This document shows, piece by piece, positions 57,190 to 64,000 of a stretch of 64,000 bases of DNA. The position numbers and the translations under genes are program-made. Below the pieces are notes generated by a model. It worked only from the letters and a program-made list of their open reading frames with translations. It did no database searches and was not told the DNA's origin. The first letter of the stretch is position 1; the number at the start of each line of letters is the position of its first letter. Source of the stretch: a virus. Its lineage: Duplodnaviria; Caudoviricetes. Where the stretch lies: positions 3,109 to 67,108 of the IMG/VR virus record IMGVR_UViG_3300037424_001220; one strand, given 5' to 3'.

Positions 57190-60100
57190 CGACAAGTTCT
57201 CCAAGAAGCTGATTGGAGCTGGCGGCAAGCTCGAGAAGTTCGGTCGAGACCTTCTACCGGTGTCTGCCGCGTTAACCGCTGCTGGGGGCGCAGCGGTGTT
57301 CATGGCTGCAAAGTTCGAGACGTCCTTGACTCGTATGGTGTCTCTTGCTGGTGTGAGCCAGAATGAACTGGAGGGTGTGAAGCAGCATATCCTCGATTTG
57401 GCTCCGGCGGCCGGTGTCGGCCCCCAGGCACTCGCGGAAGCTATGATGATGATCTCGTCCACGACGAGTGATACCACTGTTGCTCTCGAGATCCTCGACA
57501 CCGCTGCGAAGGGTACCGCTGCTGGTCTTGGTGAAACCGTGGATGTTGGCAAGGCTTTGACCGCCATTGTCAATTCATATGGTTCTGCGAATATCACCGC
57601 TGCTAGAGCCGCCGACATTCTCACGAAGGCGGTGCAGGATGGCGGCGCTGAGGCGACGGAGTTGGCTCCGGTTCTGGCCAACGTGATTCCTCTGGCCGCG
57701 CAGCTTGGCATCAGTTTCGAACAGGTTGCTGCTAACATCGCTACTGCAACGAAGCTTGGTATCCCGGCAGCGGAGTCCGTTACGCAACTCTCCTCTGTGA
57801 TGACTGCGATGTTGAAGCCAACGAAGGAGGGTGCTGAAGCTCTTGCGAGCATCAACCTGTCATATGGGGAACTGCGCGAGATGGCAGGCAAGGACCTCCA
57901 GGACACCCTGGCTCTTCTTGTCGAACGGTTTGGTGACAACAAGGAGGCTCTCGCTCAGGTCTTCGGTCGGATCGAGGCTCTGCGCAATGTCATGTCAACT
58001 GCCGGGCAGCAGGGAGCAATCTACGCAGAGGAGGTCAAGCGCATCACGGAGTCTCATGGTGCACTGGAGAAGGCATCGAAGGCTGTCGAGGGCACGACCG
58101 CGCATACGTGGGCACAGATGCGAGCCTCGGTGGAGGTGTTGGCCATTAAGCTCGGTGATCAGCTTGCACCGTCATTCGAGAAGGTGATCGAGGCAGCGAA
58201 GCCTCTCATCGAGGTGGCTGTCGGTCTCGTGGCTGAGTTTGCTGAACTACCTCAGCCCGTTCAGACTGGTACCATCGCGGTGCTTGGCCTCGTGGCTGCT
58301 CTGGGGCCGGTGTCCTACGCCGTCGGTACGCTCACCACTGCTTTTGGAACTCTACAGTCAGCGCTTGGTGTCACACTGCTTCCGACGATTGGTTACGTTG
58401 TGGTGGCCATTGGAACGTTCATCATCGTCAAGGAGGTTGCTGACTGGTTGCTCGATCTCTTCCCTGTTGTTCGGGAGATGGCGACGGCTTTCACGGATCT
58501 CGGTCTGAGGATCTTGGGAGTTTCTACGGCGTTGGAGGCATACAACAAGAGTCAGGAAAAGGGTGTCGATGCCACCGCGAACATGACGGAAGAGCAGAAG
58601 CGGGTTCTTGAACACTTCAAGGCACAACAACAGATCGTAAAGGACACCGAGGATGCGTTTGCCGCCGTGGCTACGGTGAACGAGAAGGTGGTCACTGCAA
58701 CGACAAAGACCGGTGCGGCCATGAAGGCTGCCACGACGTTGACCACGGCTGACATCGCGGCAAAGCTGAAGCAGAACGCTACGACAGAGCTTCTTAGTCA
58801 GGCTACCCAGATGCTCGGTGAACCGGTTAAGGACGTAGCAACCGCGACAAAGGTATTGGCTCTTGCGGAGTCAATGAGCGCCGAGGGCATGAAGAAGGCC
58901 GCTCAGGTTGCGAAGGATCACGCTACCGAGATGTTGACCCTCAAGTTCGCGACCGAGGGTCAGGCTTTCCAACTCTCTCAGGCTGACAAGGAACTCAGTC
59001 AGTACTTCTCGACGTTGCGCTCGTTCAAGCTCGTGGATTTCACGAACGATCTGCTCGATGTCAACAAGGCTCTTGGCCAGGGACCGGAACTTGATCCTGC
59101 CGTGATTCAAGGAAAGATCAAGGCGATCAACTTCGCACCGAGCCTTGGGTCTTCTCTCAAGGCATCGTTCTCGGCTGCGGTCAAGGATCTGCCCAATGTC
59201 ATCCTTCAGGCCTTCCAGGGTGGTGGTGATGTGGGCAAGGCGATTGGTGCGCATCTCGGTGGAAGCATCGGCACCACGTTAGGTGAGAAGCTGGGCCCGA
59301 AGCTGGGCGACGTGCTTGGTAAGTCTCTGGGTGGAGCCGTTGGATCCATCATGGGTCCAATCGGTTCCATGGTCGGCTCTATGCTTGGCGACCTCGGAGG
59401 AAAGCTCGTCGGCAAGCTCGGCATCGGTGGGAACAAGGAAATCATGAAGTTGAATGATCTCCGGGACAAGTTCCTTGAGACCGAAGGAGGCTTCGAGGCT
59501 CTTCAGAAGAAGCTCGTTGGGCTAACGGACCAAGACCTCGTCAAGAAGATCTTCGACGCCAAGACGGTCGAGGACTTCAACGGCGCGGTCAGCGAGGTCA
59601 TGGCACTGCTCGACATGCAGACCCAGGCTCAAGAGAAGCTCCAAGGTGCGATCGAGGAGTACGGGATTACCACAGCAGAGCTAGGGCCAAAGTGGGCTCA
59701 GCAGCAAATGGACGAGCGTGCGTTATCACTGCTCGAGAAGTGGAAGCTGCTCGAAGCTGCGGGCGTTGGTGTTGGGACTCTCCTGGAGAAGATGGGTCCC
59801 GACATGGCCGCTTTCGTCCAGGAGTCCATCACCGCCGGCACCGCCATCCCCGAGGCCATGCGTGGTGTCGTGGAGAAGCTGATCGAGAGCGGTCAGTTAC
59901 TCGACGAGAACGGTGAAGCCTACACGTCGGTCGAGGACGCTGGTGTCACCTTTGCCACGACGATGGAGGAGAAGTTCGTCTCACTGCTTGACAAGATCAC
60001 GCAGATGGTGAATGCCCTTCTCGGTATTCCAACTGAGGTCAACACCAACGTCAATGTTCATACTCGCTACACGGATTCGGGTGACAACGCCCGTGATGGC

Positions 60101-60322
60101 GGCGAGGACAACGACCCTGCGACCCCGTTTGCTACCGGTGGCATCGTGACTCAGCCCACTTTTGGACTCGTTGGTGAGGCTGGTCCCGAGGCGGTCATCC
60201 CGTTGGATCAGTTGCCCAGTCTGATGAGTGGCTCTAGCGCTACGTTCAGTCCAGCGCAGATGAGCATGCTTCAGGCTGCCATCACCAGCGCAATTCGTGA
60301 TGCTCTTCTCCAGGCAAGTTGA
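57149..60322 (+). CDS. tape measure protein (TP901-like)
   Basis: 1057 aa, helical; TP901-like core; C-terminal FATGGIVTQPTFGLVGEAGPEAVIPL. Confidence 0.92.
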   Translation: MVSIGQIFGTIDLDDKFSKKLIGAGGKLEKFGRDLLPVSAALTAAGGAAVFMAAKFETSLTRMVSLAGVSQNELEGVKQHILDLAPAAGVGPQALAEAMMMISSTTSDTTVALEILDTAAKGTAAGLGETVDVGKALTAIVNSYGSANITAARAADILTKAVQDGGAEATELAPVLANVIPLAAQLGISFEQVAANIATATKLGIPAAESVTQLSSVMTAMLKPTKEGAEALASINLSYGELREMAGKDLQDTLALLVERFGDNKEALAQVFGRIEALRNVMSTAGQQGAIYAEEVKRITESHGALEKASKAVEGTTAHTWAQMRASVEVLAIKLGDQLAPSFEKVIEAAKPLIEVAVGLVAEFAELPQPVQTGTIAVLGLVAALGPVSYAVGTLTTAFGTLQSALGVTLLPTIGYVVVAIGTFIIVKEVADWLLDLFPVVREMATAFTDLGLRILGVSTALEAYNKSQEKGVDATANMTEEQKRVLEHFKAQQQIVKDTEDAFAAVATVNEKVVTATTKTGAAMKAATTLTTADIAAKLKQNATTELLSQATQMLGEPVKDVATATKVLALAESMSAEGMKKAAQVAKDHATEMLTLKFATEGQAFQLSQADKELSQYFSTLRSFKLVDFTNDLLDVNKALGQGPELDPAVIQGKIKAINFAPSLGSSLKASFSAAVKDLPNVILQAFQGGGDVGKAIGAHLGGSIGTTLGEKLGPKLGDVLGKSLGGAVGSIMGPIGSMVGSMLGDLGGKLVGKLGIGGNKEIMKLNDLRDKFLETEGGFEALQKKLVGLTDQDLVKKIFDAKTVEDFNGAVSEVMALLDMQTQAQEKLQGAIEEYGITTAELGPKWAQQQMDERALSLLEKWKLLEAAGVGVGTLLEKMGPDMAAFVQESITAGTAIPEAMRGVVEKLIESGQLLDENGEAYTSVEDAGVTFATTMEEKFVSLLDKITQMVNALLGIPTEVNTNVNVHTRYTDSGDNARDGGEDNDPATPFATGGIVTQPTFGLVGEAGPEAVIPLDQLPSLMSGSSATFSPAQMSMLQAAITSAIRDALLQAS

Positions 60323-62445
60323 TGAGTCTGTATCCTGAACCCGTGTTCCCAGAGGCTGTTCGAGTCGACGCATTCATGCGTCGGTTCGTTCTGTGGACGG
60401 AAGAGAGCAACGCGATCGTGTACGATCCCTCTACCAGTGTCCCAGGAATCACCCCTGGTGACATCGTAGCCACGGGCACAGCGGGAACGGCCCGATCCGT
60501 TCAGCAGTCGGACAGTGAGTTCGACCGTTGCTACGTTGAATTTGTTGTGACGCAACTCGGTGTTGGCTTCGGTAAGGGTATCGGGTTGAGTCACGTCTAC
60601 ACGGCGGGTTCGTTTACGGCAATCGACTTCGCTCTCAACATCACGGCTGGGGCTGCCTGGAACATCTACGAGAACAACGTTCTCAAGCTCGCCGGTTCGG
60701 CCGACGTGGTTCTCGGTGATGTGTTTCGCATTGAGGCGGCAAATGGTGCGGTGAAGTTCTACCGCAACGGTACCCTACTCTACACGTCTACTACGACTCC
60801 GATCTACCCTCTCTTCGCGTTTGCTGACTGCTTCGCGGTCGACGGCCGATTCGATGACGTGGTGTGGGCACAGTGGATTGAGTTGCCAGACCTGCAACTT
60901 CGCGGCGGAATCACGATCAAGCGTGGGATGCAGGGCACCACGATGCGAGACCGTGTGGCCACCACGGGCACGCTAGCGTTCCAGTTGGACAACAGTGCTG
61001 ACAACTCTGCCGGACTTCTTGGGCTCTACTCCCCGAACAACGCGAATGCTCTTGAGGACTGGCATCTTGGTACACCGGTCCGTTGCATCATCACATACCT
61101 AGCGATCGAGGAACCGGTCTTCGTTGGACAAGTGGAAAATATCATCCCTGAGTCCGGACGGTTTCGAGAACGTAAGGTTGAGGTGTCGTGTGTGGACTGG
61201 ATGAATGAGGCCTCTCTGTCGAAGGTTCGTGGTCTTACGGTTCTAACGAACGTTCGTTCGGATGAGGTTTTCTCGGCCATCCTGTCTGCGGTTGAACGAC
61301 AACCCGCCGCGATCGTTGCTCAGATTGGAGGTGACTCGTATGCCTACGCTCTGGACAACGCTCTGGCAGAGACCTCAGTCATGTCGGAGTTTCAGGCACT
61401 TGCTCAGTCGGAGTTGGGATACGTGTTCGTTCGCAGGGATGGCACCTTGGTCTTTGAGAGCCGGCATCAGAGACCGAATACGTTGGCACTCGCTGAGAGC
61501 TTCGATGACTCTGACATTGATGATGTGAATCCTGGTCGTGGTCGATCGTCAATCATCAACAGAGCTGAGGTTCAGGCACATCCTCGCCGTGTAGACACGG
61601 CTGCTACATCGGTTCTGTTTTCTTTGGCCTCTATTCCCAGAATTGAGAGGCAAACGTCTCAGGTGTTCTCTGCCCCGTACCGCGACCCTGATGCTAGAGC
61701 TACTCGTGTTGGTGGTGTGGAGATGGTTCAACCGGTCCTTACAACGGACTACCTTTTCAACACTTCAGAGGATGGCACCGGCATCGACATCTCCTCGCAG
61801 CTCTCCGTTTCAGCTATCTATTACGCCAATGCTGCGGAGGTGACGGTACTGAACAACGGTCCGATGGACGGGTATCTGCGTAAACTTCAATGCCGTGGGA
61901 AGGGAATCTACTCGTACGAGACGATCAAGGTTCGCGCTGACTCGCAGCCGTCGAAGGATCGATACGGCGAGAGCAGCCTCAACTTCGACATGCCCTATCA
62001 GGCTGATGTAACCATCGCCAAGGACGCGGCTGAGTTCATGGTCAATCAGGCCAAGGACGTTCTTACACCCGTGGACGCTCTTACGTTCATCGCGAATCGT
62101 GAGGATCGTCTCATGCGCGCGGCGCTTCGGTTGGACATCAGTCACAAGGTACATGTTGAAGAGACTGTCATCGGAGGTGAACCGTTTCTACCTGTCGGGG
62201 AGCTGAACCAGTCCGTCTCGGCTCTGGACTTCTTCATCAACTCGGTCTCGATCTTCATTGGTGAGCGTGGCATCATCCGTTGCACCTGGGGCTTAGCTCC
62301 AGGCGATCCCTTCAACTACTGGATTCTTGAGCGTGATGGATTCACTGAACTGGATCAGACAACCCGATTGGCCTACGGAGCTTTTGTTGCAGGGTGGGTC
62401 CTGGACAGTTCGGTCCTTGGAACCGGAACGAGGGTGAATCAATAA
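60319..62445 (+). CDS. distal tail/baseplate hub protein with an N-terminal SPRY/ConA-like domain
   Basis: Position after the tape measure; GDVFRIE...VKFYRNGTLLYTS; hub-like C-terminal part. Confidence 0.65.
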   Translation: MMSLYPEPVFPEAVRVDAFMRRFVLWTEESNAIVYDPSTSVPGITPGDIVATGTAGTARSVQQSDSEFDRCYVEFVVTQLGVGFGKGIGLSHVYTAGSFTAIDFALNITAGAAWNIYENNVLKLAGSADVVLGDVFRIEAANGAVKFYRNGTLLYTSTTTPIYPLFAFADCFAVDGRFDDVVWAQWIELPDLQLRGGITIKRGMQGTTMRDRVATTGTLAFQLDNSADNSAGLLGLYSPNNANALEDWHLGTPVRCIITYLAIEEPVFVGQVENIIPESGRFRERKVEVSCVDWMNEASLSKVRGLTVLTNVRSDEVFSAILSAVERQPAAIVAQIGGDSYAYALDNALAETSVMSEFQALAQSELGYVFVRRDGTLVFESRHQRPNTLALAESFDDSDIDDVNPGRGRSSIINRAEVQAHPRRVDTAATSVLFSLASIPRIERQTSQVFSAPYRDPDARATRVGGVEMVQPVLTTDYLFNTSEDGTGIDISSQLSVSAIYYANAAEVTVLNNGPMDGYLRKLQCRGKGIYSYETIKVRADSQPSKDRYGESSLNFDMPYQADVTIAKDAAEFMVNQAKDVLTPVDALTFIANREDRLMRAALRLDISHKVHVEETVIGGEPFLPVGELNQSVSALDFFINSVSIFIGERGIIRCTWGLAPGDPFNYWILERDGFTELDQTTRLAYGAFVAGWVLDSSVLGTGTRVNQ

Positions 62446-62726
62446 TGGCATGGACTACTCCGCGAACGTGGCTCGCCGGTGAGCTCGTCAAGGAGGGCGA
62501 TCTCAACGCGCAGATTCGTGACAACCTTGGTGTCCTCAAGACTCCACTTACCGATGCCGGCAAGATCATCGCTCTGTCTGCTACGTATGTTGATGACCTC
62601 TCCGGAACCAATCTCACCGGAGTTGCTAAGCTCGGTGCAGCCAACGACTACACCGCAGGACTCCAGAACTTCAACGCTGGAGCGACAACCCGGTTCGTCG
62701 CTCCCATCGGCCCGGACAAGTACTGA
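62445..62726 (+). CDS. small tail protein (WxxPRTW N-terminal module)
   Basis: 93 aa; aligns end to end with the N-terminus of the next gene. Confidence 0.7.
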   Translation: MAWTTPRTWLAGELVKEGDLNAQIRDNLGVLKTPLTDAGKIIALSATYVDDLSGTNLTGVAKLGAANDYTAGLQNFNAGATTRFVAPIGPDKY

Positions 62727-63610
62727 TGGCTTGGACCGCTCCTCGAACGTGGGTCGACGGCGAGATCGTAACCGCCGCGATGATGAATGCCCACGTCCGC
62801 GACAACATGACTGTCCTCAAGACCCCGATCTCCAATCTTGGTCGTCTCACCGGTCTCAGTTCCACGACCGTAGACAACCTCTCCGGGGTCAATCTTACGG
62901 GGCTTGTAGCCACGGGAGCGGGAGTCAACCACACTGCTGGAAGGCAGCGCTTGACCGGCACCTCGCTGATGCGGCTGCCAGTCGGAACGGACAAGTGGTT
63001 TGGTACGAAGGGAGTGGACGCGGCTGGGATGTGGGTGGAAGGAACGGATCTCCACAACATCTCCAGTGACCACACAACCGAGTGGAGGTACCCGGGCACT
63101 CTGGTCGGCTCGGTAGGAGTCGGATCCGCTGGTAACTTCTGGATCGAAGGCAGCTTCGCACACTACATTGATGCCAGTGGAGACGAGCGCATCATCGATT
63201 CCACGGCCACCGGGCATAGCGACTCGAACTCGTCACTAGGAACTCTTTGGGTTGAGACGTACGTACATTGGATTCGTGAAACTTCCGTCACCGAGCAGGT
63301 CGGCCACTCGGATGTTACTCATGGGGACCACAACGATCACGCGGACCACACGGACCACAACGACACCGGGCCACACGGGGATAGCAGTGTGCACACGGAC
63401 ACGGGTTCGCCGCACAACGACAGCCCGGGAACTCATATCGATCATACTGACGTTGGACACGCTGACGTTCCGGCTGTTCACTCGGACCACACAGACCACA
63501 CGGACCACGACGATCACACGGATTCCGGAGCACATGGGGATGTCACCTCACATTCTGATTCCACTCCTCACACTGACATAGCGGCTGACTCGCGACCGAT
63601 TGTTGTATGA
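62726..63610 (+). CDS. tail-associated protein with a C-terminal His-x-Asp repeat region
   Basis: WxxPRTW module; 20 HxD motifs in residues 194-284. Confidence 0.8.
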   Translation: MAWTAPRTWVDGEIVTAAMMNAHVRDNMTVLKTPISNLGRLTGLSSTTVDNLSGVNLTGLVATGAGVNHTAGRQRLTGTSLMRLPVGTDKWFGTKGVDAAGMWVEGTDLHNISSDHTTEWRYPGTLVGSVGVGSAGNFWIEGSFAHYIDASGDERIIDSTATGHSDSNSSLGTLWVETYVHWIRETSVTEQVGHSDVTHGDHNDHADHTDHNDTGPHGDSSVHTDTGSPHNDSPGTHIDHTDVGHADVPAVHSDHTDHTDHDDHTDSGAHGDVTSHSDSTPHTDIAADSRPIVV

Positions 63611-64000
63611 GCGTCGAGGTCAATCTTGTTGGTCGTCGCTGCGGTTCCAACAATGGGGCGCTCTCGTGTGTCTACTGCTATCTTCCTCTCAAGGCGCGAG
63701 AGGAGGAGCAGCTTCAGCCCGTCAACCATGAGGCAATCCATCTGGCTGTTGAGGCTGAGAATCCACGTAAGGGAGAGGGGTTCCAGTTGTTTGGAGGCGA
63801 ACCGTTGCTGGCGCGTCTCGAGGACCTGGAACGCATCTTCGCCTGGGGTCTTGAGAAGTACGGCAAGAACGGTATCCAGACGAGTGGACGCCCCATCACC
63901 GAGAAACATCTTGAGCTCTTCAAGAAGTATAAGGTCAACGTCGGCTTCTCCATCGACGGACCTGAAGAGTTGAACGATGCTCGATGGGCTGGGTCTACGA
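63607..64000 (+). CDS. radical SAM enzyme (anSME/SPASM peptide-maturase-like), truncated by the window end; not in the ORF track
   Basis: Manual translation: MSVEVNLVGRRCGSNNGALSCVYCYL...FQLFGGEPLL...GIQTSG...VGFSIDGPEELNDAR; ATGA overlap with the HxD gene. Confidence 0.85.
   Translation, partial: MSVEVNLVGRRCGSNNGALSCVYCYLPLKAREEEQLQPVNHEAIHLAVEAENPRKGEGFQLFGGEPLLARLEDLERIFAWGLEKYGKNGIQTSGRPITEKHLELFKKYKVNVGFSIDGPEELNDARWAGST

Overview
The whole window reads as part of one GC-rich, tailed dsDNA bacteriophage genome of siphovirus type. No host housekeeping genes or integrase were recognised. Layout: (1) 1-576, the end of a + strand structural/late block; (2) about 890-9500, a minus-strand block of small early/accessory genes; (3) about 10600-35400, a + strand block for replication and nucleotide metabolism (family A DNA polymerase, SNF2 helicase, DnaQ exonuclease, primase-polymerase, RepA-like helicase) that includes a thymidine-hypermodification/glycosylation cluster; (4) 35700-64000, packaging, head, lysis and tail genes with glycosyltransferases, a methyltransferase and two radical SAM genes embedded. 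Most striking observations: five apparently intact and one degenerate circularly permuted twister ribozymes with compensatory base changes, placed between early genes; a tail-region protein ending in 20 His-x-Asp motifs translationally coupled to a radical SAM enzyme with an unusual Cx8Cx2C motif; a 5-hmdU pathway coupled to a sugar activation/glycosyltransferase set; a Tat-signal-bearing paralog of the tail tube protein; and an (AAC)23 tract with its own ribosome binding site inside a structured intergenic region. All calls come from manual motif reading; no database searches were run.
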